DNA of 62,921 bases, counting the filler, from Octopus bimaculoides (taxonomy: Eukaryota): NCBI RefSeq assembly GCF_001194135.2. It is 6 parts of 6 records of this genome, joined end to end, with 100 filler letters (N's around TTAATTAATTAA, not from the genome) between each part and the next. Parts side by side here need not be neighbours in the genome. Positions count along the whole stretch, not along the records: positions 1 to 21,629 come from NC_068981.1; positions 21,730 to 39,545 come from NC_068989.1; 4 more parts are not named here. One strand, given 5' to 3'. Position numbers and translations under genes: made by a program. The notes beneath the pieces were generated by a model, which saw only the letters and a program-made list of their open reading frames with translations, was not told where the DNA came from and searched no databases. Of this stretch, positions 14,686 through 28,657 are shown piece after piece (position 1 is the first letter of the stretch; each line of letters starts with the position of its first letter).

Positions 14686-16648
14686 TTTTACACTAAGGTT
14701 CAGTAATTTCCACTTGCGCTTTTCTCTTATGTTCTAGAAATACAATACGTGTCAAAAATGAGAAGTATGAAATGTGTATCTTGTATAATCGAAAACATTC
14801 ACAAACCTAGCAATGGTTTCCAACATAATTATTATGCATAAAATTCTACTCGTTTCCAGAAAAACCTCTCTCAGCTTTAAGTACAAAAGCAAATTATGTC
14901 GGTAAAATGTATTTCTTGGAAGTAAAAAAAAAATGAACCAACATTTCAATTTCCAGCATTTGAAATCATCGAGTGAAAATCAGTTATATTTATTGCAAGG
15001 TGTAGATGAATCTATATATATATATATATATACAGGATACAAATTTTTCGTATTTACAGCAAGGAAAAGAATATAGTGTAGAGGAGTTGAAAAAAAAGCT
15101 TCTACATGTCACAACGAGACCGTTCGAAGAATCATAATCAGTAGCAATAATGAGCAATCAACATTTGTATTACTGAAACAGATACATTTCCTCCTCGGGT
15201 AGTCACTAGCGTAAAAGAAAAAATGATCAATGAATAGAATAACTCAAGCTTTATTATTGTCTTAATATCAGATGAATTCTGTGATTTTTTGGAGTTTTTT
15301 TCTAAGCAATTATCTCTGTTTCCTATACCAAACTAGGAATAGTTTTATTAGTTCTTCAGGAATATATTGGAAGATCTGCCCTCATTTACGAAGTCATAGA
15401 TCGGAAAAAGAAAACAGCATTAACTATTGCTTATATTTTTGTTCTCAACACATAAGTAAAATATACGGCTAATTTTATAAATTATTTAGTTTTAAATAAG
15501 TAAAAGGTCACTGACTAAGTTAAATTTTTGTATTATATGCACCCATAAAGGTTACAGGATTGTATATATAAAATCTGAAATAAACAACATCGGCTTTTGA
15601 TATACAAGCTGCTTAGTCACTCCGCCAAAGGAAGCGGATCAAAATAATCCGATAAATCTGAATGTCAAGTTTCTTTATTTCATCATATTTTTTTTGTAAT
15701 GATCTCCTATACTCTGTATAGGGTTTCATTATTGAACTTACAAGGAATTCTTAACACTAAACAATATATAAGTGGCACTACTGGGAAATGTACTGATTAT
15801 ATTTTCAATTATATGTGAATTAACAAGTGAAAACGCACAATGATTTTTAAAAAAAAAGTAATTATTGGAAATTAAAATACATACTGACGTATGTATTACT
15901 AACGAAGAAGTAAGATNNNNNNNNNNNNNNNNNNNNNNNNNNNNNNNNNNNNNNNNNNNNNNNNNNNNNNNNNNNNNNNNNNNNNNNNNNNNNNNNNNNN
16001 NNNNNNNNNNNNNNNNNNNNNNNNNNNNNNNNNNNNNNNNNNNNNNNNNNNNNNNNNNNNNNNNNNNNNNNNNNNNNNNNNNNNNNNNNNNNNNNNNNNN
16101 NNNNNNNNNNNNNNNNNNNNNNNNNNNNNNNNNNNNNNNNNNNNNNNNNNNNNNNNNNNNNNNNNNNNNNNNNNNNNNNNNNNNNNNNNNNNNNNNNNNN
16201 NNNNNNNNNNNNNNNNNNNNNNNNNNNNNNNNNNNNNNNNNNNNNNNNNNNNNNNNNNNNNNNNNNNNNNNNNNNNNNNNNNNNNNNNNNNNNNNNNNNN
16301 NNNNNNNNNNNNNNNNNNNNNNNNNNNNNNNNNNNNNNNNNNNNNNNNNNNNNNNNNNNNNNNNNNNNNNNNNNNNNNNNNNNNNNNNNNNNNNNNNNNN
16401 NNNNNNNNNNNNNNNNNNNNNNNNNNNNNNNNNNNNNNNNNNNNNNNNNNNNNNNNNNNNNNNNNNNNNNNNNNNNNNNNNNNNNNNNNNNNNNNNNNNN
16501 NNNNNNNNNNNNNNNNNNNNNNNNNNNNNNNNNNNNNNNNNNNNNNNNNNNNNNNNNNNNNNNNNNNNNNNNNNNNNNNNNNNNNNNNNNNNNNNNNNNN
16601 NNNNNNNNNNNNNNNNNNNNNNNNNNNNNNNNNNNNNNNNNNNNNTCC

Positions 16649-16701
<53 letters not shown>

Positions 16702-16727
16702 CGTGTGTGTGTATGTATGTATGTATG

Positions 16728-16772
<45 letters not shown>

Positions 16773-16837
16773 ACGTGGATATTTGGCGATCTTTTTACTC
16801 TGTCTTGCTTTTTTCTTGGACTTGCATCCGTCTCGTA

Positions 16838-16870
16838 TTTCTGACGAAGTGCTTTGCTCGAAACGTAAAA
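16838..16870 (+). ncRNA. Minimal type-I hammerhead ribozyme motif (PLE-type)
   Basis: UUU-CUGACGA-A-GUGC-UUU-GCUC-GAAAC-GUA-AAA: intact core, one stem II mismatch, palindromic ACGU helix III, GUA cleavage triplet, 3-bp stem I. Confidence 0.6.
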
Positions 16871-19429
16871 CTACCTTAGCGGCTGCTAATATTGTACATG
16901 TACCACGTCGTTTCGTTCCTGCTTTTCTTGTGTTTATTCTTCGGTCTTTGCGGATTTCCCATATATATTTACATATGCATACAATACGCAAGCTCATATA
17001 TAACATGCACATAGAGAACCACTTCCGCAGCAAATACCTCAATAATACCGGCCATATTCCTTTCCTATATTTTAACATTTGTTTCTTCCTAGCTTGTTTT
17101 TCTTATTTTTTGGACTTGAGGTACATGTGAGTGCTATATCTAGGTGGGTTTGTTACTTTGTAGAACTATCCACTGTTTGTGCATGTACAAATATTATGCA
17201 AATAATTGAACATGTGGCAACTAGAAGGGAATAAAATGAAGGAAGCATTGTATCAAATATAAACGCACAAGTGCTGCAAGAATATCAGAATATTTAGTTA
17301 TGAATATGTAATCATTCCTAAACTATTTTGCGTTATATATAAATTAATGTTTAGAATAAAATCCCTTTATAATCAACAAGATATGTATAGTAATTCTAGC
17401 AAGAGCAAAGGCAGTAACATACAAGAAATCATAACCTGCCCCAGCCAATCTTTTTAGGGAGAATATAGCAAAAAATATGATAAATACTTATATATCATTA
17501 AGCACATAAGTCTCCGCCGCGGAGCAAAATTAGAAACACACAAACAGAAAACATTGCTGGAGCAGAGCCGCTCAAAAATGTAGAGCATACCACAGACACA
17601 CTAAATATGTGCTCTTTTTTATTAAGTCATACCTAATATGTAGTAGAAAATACCATATGAAACTGGAGTAGAGTATGAACGGGCAGCACGAAAGAAGCAG
17701 AATACAATTGCCGTAATGCACTAAATAAGTTGGTTGTCTTTTAAACCACACACATATACAGAAGAGGTGATCATATTCTTGAATATAAAGTTAAACAATA
17801 GTTGTATGTAAATGTGAAATGAAAAGAAAATGTATGAAGCAAGTATATTAAAAGTACACGCTACTTTATATATAACTTATCCCCAAATTATAGTTATTCT
17901 AAAAATATTTTTCATGCTATATATACAATATTTTAAATATTAGATATTGTATGATTATGCACTTCATAAACAGCAAGTAAAAATCAAGTTTTGCGAGTAT
18001 CGAATCGCCGACAATGCGTCCTCACATTGAGATCCAATAAGCCATTGAAAAAGTACAGCAGACTAAACGAGAAACATCTAAGTGAAAGGAAAGCAAAGAA
18101 ATGCTACACAAATACTTACTTGCATCTTTTCAATCATTGAAACATATTTAGAGCAGTAATATTCAGATAAACATAAGATAAGTATTATCTCTGGCTCAAA
18201 ATATCCTTCCCACTTATGTTAGCTATGAAAATAATATAAGAACCACGAATATGTTTTCGTTGCACTTCATATATGCAGGTAAGTTTACTGACAAAAAATA
18301 CCTTAAATGTAACGAAAAATATATTTCCTCAAAAAATTTGCAATGAAATCATATTCATGAAAATAGGTAAAAACTGTAACAAATATATTTCGTAAATAAA
18401 TCACAAAAAAAAAAATGAAAAGAAAAGAAAGGATTTTTTTTTTTTTGCAATTTAACAATTAAGATATCTTCACATCAAAATAACTAAAGAAAAGTGCATG
18501 GCCAACATAATTTGGCAAGTATTTGTGCACTTTGGAGAAAAATAATTCATAAAGGAAATTATCGATAATATAAATAAAGCAATATACCAACATAGAAAGA
18601 GAACAATATGAACAACAAATCACAATAGTGAACCTTAATAACTAACACGTTGTAAGAAAATATAAACCAATTATTTACATGCCACACATCAAGTAATGCA
18701 ATCAAAGGCATGAAGAAACGTGATTGGCTAATGGATATAAAATACATGAATATATACTTCGTTATTGATATTCATGCCAATACTGATATTCAGAGAGACA
18801 CTCACAGACACACAAACACGTGCATACCTAATATGCCTGTGTAATTGTGTATGTGAGTATAAATGTGTATGTATATGGATAATGTAATTTGCACGATAAT
18901 TTATATATGTGAAAGTGAGGAAAGATTGTTGCTAAACATCTTTTAAAGACACAGTTCGGGACATAAACAAAATTAGCATCTTGACGTTAACGAGTGAAAA
19001 CCTAGGGAAAATATTTAGATTTACCATTGAATGGCTGTTTAATGAGTTTAGAATACTCTAGGAAAAAAATCTACTTTTGAAACGGGAGAAAAACATCATA
19101 TATGTCACGAATTTTCTTTCTTGTATTTGAACAAAAAACGGTTTAGCCAAAGTGTTATTAGGTTATTAAATAACATATAGGATATAACAAAATATTCTCA
19201 TTCAATAACATCACATTACATATGTCACGTAACTACTGATATGGATTGATCTAAGCAATTAACTGATGTATTACAATGCTAATGCCTCTTCCACTGTTCA
19301 CATTCACTTATTGCCTCGGTGCAACATGATTTAATTGTTCAAAAATATATGGAGTGCAGCACATATTTAGTCTTCTTACTCGCCATTTCTTCAGCCGCTA
19401 AACCGGCGAACGTTTGTTTTATAAACGTG

Positions 19430-19465
<36 letters not shown>

Positions 19466-19585
19466 CACACGCGCGCATACATATAAATANNNNNNNNNNN
19501 NNNNNNNNNNNNNNNNNNNNNNNNNNNNNNNNNNNNNNNNNNNNNNNNNNNNNNNNNNNNNNNNNATATATATATATATATATAT

Positions 19586-19634
<49 letters not shown>

Positions 19635-19689
19635 AATATTTGTGTTTGTGTATATATATATGTATATATATCAACAATTCATGTCTGAA

Positions 19690-21250
19690 AACGCAAGCCA
19701 TATACTATGAATGTGTCCAGGAGGAAAAGGCAAATGTACGCAAGAACAAAATACCCAGCGAGAGGAAAATTCTTATGAGACAGTGTACAAAAAGTTCAAA
19801 CAGCCTAAACAAACATACTGAAAGCAGTGAAAAATTCCACCTAAAAATACAACTGCTAGAGATTGAAAAAAGTCTGCAACTCTCATATGAAAACGAATGA
19901 GCAAAGAAACCTGGGCTATAGACAATATAATATCTAACCTCAGAGCATTATATAAGTTTACCAAAGAAACGGCCTCAGGGCACTGCACGTTAGGGCCACT
20001 CCTTGAAAGGCATGGTTCAATCAGAGGAAACCCAGTCAGGATAAGTCAACAATCCAGCTGACATTTTTGACACTGCCGATATACACAGAGTGTGATGATT
20101 GATTACACCAATATAGAAGATATAATAAGGGCTATAGCTGAAATTAACCAGAACTCAACTACTGGCTCTGATGGATTCCCAGCAATCCTTCTGAACGCAT
20201 GTAAGCAAGTTCTAGCAACATGACTGCAGTCCCTCTTCCAGAGCTTCCAGGCAGAGGGAAGGTAAAGTATGCCATATTCATAAAGAAGGTAGTGGAGCAA
20301 AAGCCAAAAACGTCAAACCTATTTCTCTGACCTCACACGTCAGCAAAGTCATGGAATGAATAGTGAGAAGTCTAATCACCTTCCTTGAGGAAAATGACTT
20401 GCTGACTGACACACAACATGGTTTACAACCAGGAAAAAGCTGGTTGGCTCAGCTTTTAGAAACTTCTGACAGGGTGTTGAAACAGCTGCTAAACCACTCA
20501 AATGTGGATGTGATATATCTCGACATTGCAAAGGCCTTCGATAAATCGATCACAGAATGATATGCCACAAACTGTGTGATTTCGGTTTAATTGGGAAACT
20601 GTTGGAATGGCTGCATGACTTTCTGACGGATAGAAGTCAGGTGATAGTAGCCAGTGGGGCCATCTGCAATGGCAAGCAAATATTGAGTGGTGTTCCAGAA
20701 GGTACTACAGTGCCATCGCCACAGTTCATAATTGCCCTCTCAGATATGCCCTGAACAACACAGAGAGCCAGGATCACAATTTCTTTACACAATATAAAAG
20801 TCTCACAGGTGATACAGAACCCTGAAGACGCTATGCACCTGCAATGTGATTTGGATGAAATATACAAGTGGTCAGAGAAGAATAGCATGCTGTTTAATGC
20901 TGAGAAGGTTCGAGCCTTGCGCTATCAACATGCAAGACTAAATGTAATACCAATTAAATACACTGGTCGTGGAGGTATTGCAATCACAGAGACAATGTCA
21001 GTGCGTGACCAGGGCATTTAATTGAGTAATGATGCATCATTCCCTGTGCATGATGCTAGGTTGGCAATGACATGCAAGCGGATGACCGGATGGATTCTTA
21101 GAACATTAAGAACAAGAGATCAGGAACATTTGCCCTAAGACATTTTGACTATTGCTCCCAGCTATGGATACCAACAAGATTAAAATATGTTTCCGAACTT
21201 GAAGCAATAAGGCGAAGCTACAGGAAGTAGTTAGCCTCTATGCAGCATAT
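19690..21250 (+). mobile_element. CR1/L2-type non-LTR retrotransposon ORF2 remnant (RT), frameshifted
   Basis: Translated motifs LLTDTQHGLQPGKS, VDVIYLDIAKAFD, LLEWLHDFLTDRSQ, SGVPEGT, LQCDLDEIYKWSEKNSMLFNAEK, VRDQGI across ORFs 20363-21021; upstream KIPSERKILMR linker. Confidence 0.9.
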
Positions 21251-21511
21251 AAGCTACTGGGAAAGACTCTCTTTCATCTCTCTCGCCTACCTATTCTCTC
21301 GCTTCCCTGTTTCAACCACACTATTTCTTTGTATTTTCTCCTTTCTTTCTCATTAAATAATCAAGTCCCCGTTTCATTTTTGCCTTATCACTAGATGAGT
21401 GAAACTAAAAGCACGTTTGTGAAATTGTTTTTCTTGACTTTTCCTTAATCATCAGATATATATACAAACAGATATGTGTGTGTATACATACATACATGCA
21501 TACATACATAT

Positions 21512-21542
<31 letters not shown>

Positions 21543-21548
21543 CATACG

Positions 21549-21589
<41 letters not shown>

Positions 21590-21629
21590 TTACATATATG
21601 GTATGTACATATATATATATATGTATATG

Positions 21630-21729
21630 NNNNNNNNNNNNNNNNNNNNNNNNNNNNNNNNNNNNNNNNNNNNTTAATTAATTAANNNNNNNNNNNNNNN
21701 NNNNNNNNNNNNNNNNNNNNNNNNNNNNN
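21630..21729. other. Artificial scaffold spacer N44-TTAATTAATTAA-N44
   Basis: An exact 44+12+44 layout repeated five times in the window; the 12-mer gives stops in all six frames. Confidence 0.95.
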
Positions 21730-21805
21730 ATATCAGCTGAAACGTTGTGTTAACAACAAACAAGATGAGGACGAATATCCGTCAAATGTAGATAATGTAA
21801 ATAAT
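21730..21805 (+). mobile_element. Truncated copy of the hammerhead-bearing PLE-type repeat of 47304-47667
   Basis: TATCAGCTGAAACGTTGTGTTAACAACAAACAAGATGAGGACGAATATCCGTCAAATG matches 47591-47648. Confidence 0.8.
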
Positions 21806-21949
21806 ATATATATATATATATATAAATTTTGGTTTTACATGATGTATTTTCAAATTAATTTTCGTTAAATTACTTTGATTTTATATATCATTTTAAAGCT
21901 CATTTTTCTCTCTATCTAATCGTGTTACTCCTTCTTTTTGAATAACCAT

Positions 21950-22747
21950 GAATAACAAATGGTTGACTTTTCGATGCCGGTTTTTGAACACATACGCAGC
22001 TTTTGATTTCCTCAGAATTAGTGTAAGTAGTATCAATTACAGTACAAAGATCTGTGGGGACAGGCATTCCGCTGGAAGATGCGCCTCCTGAATTCTGCTG
22101 TCCATAAACTTCTTCCATATTCTGTCAGGTCCGTCCTCCAATTCGCCATACTTTTTCCAAGCAATCGCACAACATTTGATGCAACACCAAATAGGTTCAT
22201 ACATTCCATAATGCAAGAATGTGTTATCATATCGTACACCTTATGATAGTCAATCCATGACATGTCTAAGTTACTTTTCTTCCTCTTGCAGTCTCTAAGT
22301 ACAGTTTTGTCTATCAGGATTTGATCCTTGGTATCTCTGCACTTACGGTTTCAGCCCTTCTGCTCATGTGGTAGAACTCCATTTTTTACCAGATATTCGT
22401 ACATTGACTCTGCGAGTATTGCAGTCAGTAATTTCCACATAAGTGAAAAACAGGATATCGGCCTGTAATTGTCTACCGTACTGCCTTTTTCGATGTTTTT
22501 TCAAGCACAGCACTGTCCTACCCACCGTCAACCACCATGGTGTTAGTTGGTCGGCATTTAACAATGTGTTGAGTTGCGCAGCTATTCGTACATCACATTC
22601 ACCAAATCTTTTGATCCAATAGCCTTGAACTCAATCTTGTTCAGGGGCCTTCCAGTTGCTAATTTTATTTTTATTTCATTTTTATTTTTTTGCTGATTTA
22701 CTTCACTTTCCTAACTGAAATGACTAGTTCTGCCTGTTTTGGACAGA

Positions 22748-22749
<2 letters not shown>
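21950..22749 (-). mobile_element. R4/Dong-like (RLE) non-LTR retrotransposon RT fragment
   Basis: Minus-strand motifs ISNWKAPEQD*VQGYWIKRF, TPWWLTVGRTVLC, SWIDYHKVYDMITHSCI, RRIFQ, KVNHLLFM; the 5' end abuts a (TAA)n array at 22750-22791. Confidence 0.85.
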
Positions 22750-22791
<42 letters not shown>

Positions 22792-22899
22792 TTATACAAG
22801 TGTGCGTATATGTATATTGGCATATATGTATATTCGATGAAATAAAGAATAACCGTATCTCTCTTCTATAAGTTGATTCTCGATATAAATTGTTCTATA

Positions 22900-23200
22900 T
22901 TATCCATATTCGATTTTGTCTCGAGGGTACTCTTGGGACATGTGCCTTCCGATGTACAAATTAGTCTGTGCGAAGTCAGCCCTCCCCAATTTTGTAACAC
23001 TTCATTTCTGCACACGATATACAATGTGGAGTGTTGTGACAGAGAGAATAATTATTGTCTCATTACTTGGTCGGTTCGTTATTTACCAACCTCAGGAGTG
23101 GCGAAACGCGAAGTTGACATCCACAGAATTGAACTCGTCTTAGGCTTGCAAAGAGCCGTTGATGCTAATTCCCCACATGTTGCTTAACAACATAACTATT
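22900..23200 (+). mobile_element. Possible highly decayed Penelope-like GIY-YIG C-terminal fragment
   Basis: Weak similarity (TLHF...KREVDIHRIEL) to the PLE endonuclease tail, followed by a pyrimidine-rich tract. Confidence 0.3.
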
Positions 23201-24989
23201 ATAACCATTCATTTCTTTTGCTTCCTTACTTTCTCAAACACTTCATTAACTTACTCCCTTCTCCGTCCCTGATCTCTTAATTTGGACAAACACACGCACA
23301 CGCACACACACGTACATACATTCATACATAGAGGCATATATAAATTTGAAATATATCATATATAAACTAATTCTTGTATGTGCATATGTCTATGCCTGTG
23401 TTTATGTGTATGTATGTGTATGTTTGTCATTCTTAATACAGCTAGATATTTATCATATTTAACTTATATAGATAATATAAGGGACATTCATTAATGAATG
23501 AAAATTTACATACAAGTACGCGCTAAGAAGAATAGCGCCGAAAGTCTTTAACTACCATATCGTATAGATATTATAACACAGTAATGAAGTCAATATTCGC
23601 GCGAATGGCGTATGTTATAAAGAAATTGAATGTGTTATATATGTAAATTAATTCTCTGGTGGTTAATAAATGTAACTCGAAAGATACAAGTATTCCAAAT
23701 TATATAGTCTGTATGATCATTCACGTTTTATTTAGTAGTTATAAAGTATTTGAAAGTATAAAGAAAAAATACTGTTAAACAACAATATATTTGTTTCGCG
23801 TGAGACTTTCAAATTGTTACTTTTTTCCGAAAGCAATCAATTTAGTTAATACTTAGTTCAGAAGAATACGCTGTAAACTGTTATTTTGAAAATATAATAT
23901 GTATTTTGATGAAAACAATGTCCAGGAATATAAAGTCGTTTACATCGTTTTAGGATAATATTTGTAAATTTTATGCAATGATCTAAAGATATGCAAATAT
24001 TCGAAATAATATAGATAAAAGAGGGGAGCCAATATATTCTAAAGCCGGTGGTACGAAGGTGGGGATTATTTTTTTTAAATATTGTTTAAAATTTGTTTAC
24101 ATATATTTGAATAAGTGCTCGTAGCCATTACCTTAAGTCCATTATTTAAAATCATAATAAATTCTATTCTCTTTGGTCTGAAGATTTGTCGCATTAGTTA
24201 TAATCAAACGAATTTTTTTTTTTTAAATTACATTCTTTCTTTCTACAAGCTTTAGATTTCAGATAACTTTCAGCTTAATTGAAAACATATTTTCGTCGAT
24301 ACACATCGATTGCCGTAGTAGATAATATGTTCATAATTCAAATGACTCGAAATATTTTCATTCGTTTTAATTCCCACATCACTTTTACCTTATAGAGATA
24401 CACTTCTAGAAAGGTGTTCCATAATTTTGCTTGATCTATTAGAAATGGAGGTTAAATCATGCTTGAATTTGATTTAAATTATGAAAGAATTAAGCGCCAT
24501 AATGTCTGTAGTGCTTTTAATTCGAACGTTTCGCATAACGCTGTGATGCTTTAGCTTGTAAAACTCATCAATTACTGCTACTCATTGCGATTGTTATTCA
24601 CGATGATTTCCTAAAACACAAAGGCAAACACACTCATACAAACACACACACAGACACACACATACACACACACACTCACACATACACACACACACACATA
24701 CACATGCTTAGGTGGTGAGTTTTTTCGAGAATGCATTTACATTCCACATATAATATAAATAAACAAATCATCTACAATAGCAGAAAGTACACAGAAGGTA
24801 ATTTTTTGTGGAATTATTTCATATGATTTATATGACCTTAAGAGATTCACATATATATTACAAATCCAAATTAAAGTACGCGGCTATCAATAATAACAGC
24901 ATAGAAATGCTAATCATTCGCATGAAGTTTAATTCGTCGTATCTTCCTATTGATAGAAGCCGGTTCAAATATTGTTGAAATTATCATTG

Positions 24990-25850
24990 CCACGAAGTGA
25001 AGGAACTCGTTGACTTCACGGCAACATAAGTAGTTTCAATTAAAACTGTCTGAAAGCTAATCGTGAAACATCGACGCTTAATCTGCCGCTTGTTGTTTCT
25101 GCCCCTTGTCGTAATATTCGTTGTATGGATAGGAAACTCCGAAATGTTTCTGTTGTAAAATGACAGCATCATCTCACACCAATAAGCGATACGAGACATT
25201 TATAAGACAGGCCATCTCCTCTGGGCAATTATCAAATTTTCATATCAATCTAGTGATGTTCACTATGCTGCAGCCAACATTATTTTAGTGCAGAGTGCAC
25301 CTCTCATGACATTGATAATCGTCTCTTATCGATTTCTGCAACATGTCTGTACTTTAATATATGATACACATATTAGCCCACGCGGAGAGATACCCAGAGA
25401 GCCACACGAATTCGGAAAAAAGACATAGTCCGAAAATGTCATCACAGTATCATCTACCGATGAGACATGATGTAGCTAGGGCACTCTATAATAAAATCCG
25501 TCAGAAGGATAACTCCGACGACAAATAATTAAGAAACCATAGCCACTCATAATAGAAAGGAGTATCGGTTGAATGTCCCAGTGAAGTCCTCAGTAAAATG
25601 TAAGCCCAAACGAACTGTGTATAGTTGTAGAAAATAGCTGTCCAGCGGATGTTTACATGAAGCTGAAGATCAGTGAAAAAGAGAACACATACGCTGAACT
25701 ATAGAGAAATCTACAGTTACTCTATTCAGATTAAAATTTCAAGTTTATACCTGTAATTGTTGTGGCCCTTGGATATGTAGCAACCGATCACTGGAATTGT
25801 AAAAATTAGTAAATCTTTCCAGAAGTTTATCATTGAAATATATATGAGCA
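24990..25850 (+). mobile_element. RLE-type non-LTR retrotransposon C-terminal fragment (zinc knuckle/RHD + PD-(D/E)xK)
   Basis: PKMSSQYHLPMRHDVARALYNKIRQKD (~25431-25510) and ENSCPADVYMKLKISEKENTYAEL...KFIPVIVVALG (~25630-25775). Confidence 0.7.
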
Positions 25851-28194
25851 TGTCTAGATATGCAACTATATGTATGAAAATACATACACAAAGCAAAACA
25901 CACAAATCTGCACATATACATACATACATACATACATACATACAAAATATCATTGATAATGTTGAAATTCCAATGCATGAGCCTTGAATCTAGGCTAGAA
26001 ACCGGCTCTTTCACTATTGGCATGAAATCTTGAAATAAAAAGCATCAATGACATACATACATACATACATACATACATACCTATATACATACATACATAC
26101 ACACATACATACATACACACATACATACATACATACATACATACCTATATACATATATGCATACATACATACATACATGCATGCATGAATGCATAGGAGA
26201 ATCGAGAATATCAATGTCCTTGTTTGGCGTTACTTTTATATTGGGCAACACCTTATTAAGGTCATTTTTCATTTTATTTTCCTGTGTTATGTCTGGTGAG
26301 AACATTAGCTCACATATTGGATAAACTTAACAGCAAATAATTGAATTTAATGAAAGTGAACTAAAAAAATTTTTGATATCTAAATATCAAAGCTAAATAT
26401 CTGTATAGACTGTCCATACATTCTATATGCAAATAGATTAGTTTCAAGAAAATTCAGTGTGACGCTCATGCTCAAAACTAAGAATAACAAAGTGTATTGT
26501 GATGTATTCTAGACGTTTATAAATGTAACAGTGCCCTATATATGACTACAGCTTAGAAGAAATATCTCAAACGTTTGTCAGAACATCATTAACAGTAACA
26601 AATTTTTCGGAATAGTTTGATATATTTAATGATTATCATCACCAGCATTATAACTGTGTTGGCTCCTGCACGGATACTCTATATGTAAATAGCATGCTTT
26701 CAATAAATAATTCTATTTTCATGGAAACATAGTAACATCATTCAAGTAAGATCTCTTAATTTTTTCCATATTACTCTGTTGTCATTACCATAATCATCTC
26801 ATCAATATATGTAACTCAATGGAACGAATAAATTCACTGTTGTGAAGTAATTATTCTGTATGTTTGACACATCTGTAGTAAACGCTGCTTGCATAAATTG
26901 TAATCAGTTGCCATCTACTACGGAACATAGGGAAATAAACATAGCAACATTATTCATATTAAAACACTTGAGAAAATTCGAAAATTCAAACCTAATGCTA
27001 AGATTTTGTTGAAGTTTGTTCAATTCTGAAAGTGAAATTTAAAAAAATAATACTCTTATTGAAAATAAAATCTAAAAATATAAACACTATTGCTTGCTCT
27101 GATTTTCATGTAATGATTTGTAAACATATAGTGCTGTAAAGGGATCATATGGGGAAACTAATTACAGCTGTATAACTGTCAATAGATTATCTATATCCGT
27201 CATTCTGAAACTATTTCAAGTATAAAACTATGCATATATAGCGCCTAAATTTCTGTTTATCATAAAGATAATTAAATTTTGCCTAATAATATAATGCATC
27301 GTTACTTTTTTATTGCATATATTTCTTAATTATTGGCGACAGAAATAGACGTAGAAGACATAGATGATAGCTCGAATTTTAACAATAGTAAAATTGAAAC
27401 TCGCATGTGATCAGAAATGAAACTACGATAGTAGCACCTATCTTAATTTGTATATTTGCGCTTTAGATGTTGCATCAGAAATGTCACAATGCAGACGATG
27501 TGTGAAAGGAAATCACATACATCCCCTTTTTTTATGGTTAAATGTAGTCTATCATTTAAATTTATTTCAGTCCAGATGATACATGCTGTATTAAGCTGGA
27601 AAAAAAACTGTTCTTTAATTACTGACGAACGTCTAAAACACAAATATCCTAACAAAGCTATCATTCACGGTTATCACTTAATTTTCGAATGTGTTAATAG
27701 TTGATGTTTCCAGTTTGTGAAGGAAATCAGTTGTATGTTCTCTATTTGAGGGTTAAGTAACTAGGAAATCGTTCATCGGGTGACAGACACTTCACTATTT
27801 TTTCCTGCGCAATTAACATGGAAGGATTATGTACTCATAGAAATCCAACATTTACTTACGGAGACAGCGATTATATATATATCACCTGAGGAGATACAAC
27901 TAGGTCCTATTACACAGGTAAACCCTTACTTAATTTAAATTTAAATCCTGTATAGATATGGTTCTATGTTGTATCAAAACATGTGTAGTTGTCATTAAAT
28001 AGCTGTCGAATCGTACTCCCACTTCCTTTTGACTCTATTTATTCTTTCGTTTTTACTCTTCACACATGAGGGATGCCTAAGCCTAGAATTGCTTGTATAG
28101 CATAATACTGCCAGCTATCTGGTAATTCTAAAGGTGAACGAGCTCTATTTTGTACTCTAATACATTCTCAAGGGAATATGCCTCAGCTATATGC

Positions 28195-28226
<32 letters not shown>

Positions 28227-28243
28227 TTTTTTTTGTCTGTGTC

Positions 28244-28285
<42 letters not shown>

Positions 28286-28431
28286 CATATATATGTGTGT
28301 TTGTGTGTGTACGTGTACGCATGTATCTGTCTTTTTACTTTTACACATAAAATGTACTTTTACACACAAAATGCAAAAGCATACAAATTCGTAGAGAAAT
28401 GAATATAACCGTTTACCAATGTTCCTCTTTC

Positions 28432-28455
28432 ATAATAATAATAATAATAATAATA

Positions 28456-28521
<66 letters not shown>

Positions 28522-28609
28522 AAGAAGAAGAAGAAGAAGAAGAAGAAGAAGAAGAAGAACAACAACAACAACAACAACAACAACAATAATAATAATAATA
28601 ATAATAATA

Positions 28610-28656
<47 letters not shown>
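28432..28656. repeat. Compound trinucleotide microsatellite (AAT)n(AAG)n(AAC)n(AAT)n(TTA)n
   Basis: Read directly from the sequence. Confidence 0.97.

Positions 28657-28657
<1 letters not shown>

Noticed and set aside
24515-24575. TTGATGA...GCGAAACGTT on the minus strand as a hammerhead
   Set aside because: Stem I and stem II do not pair.
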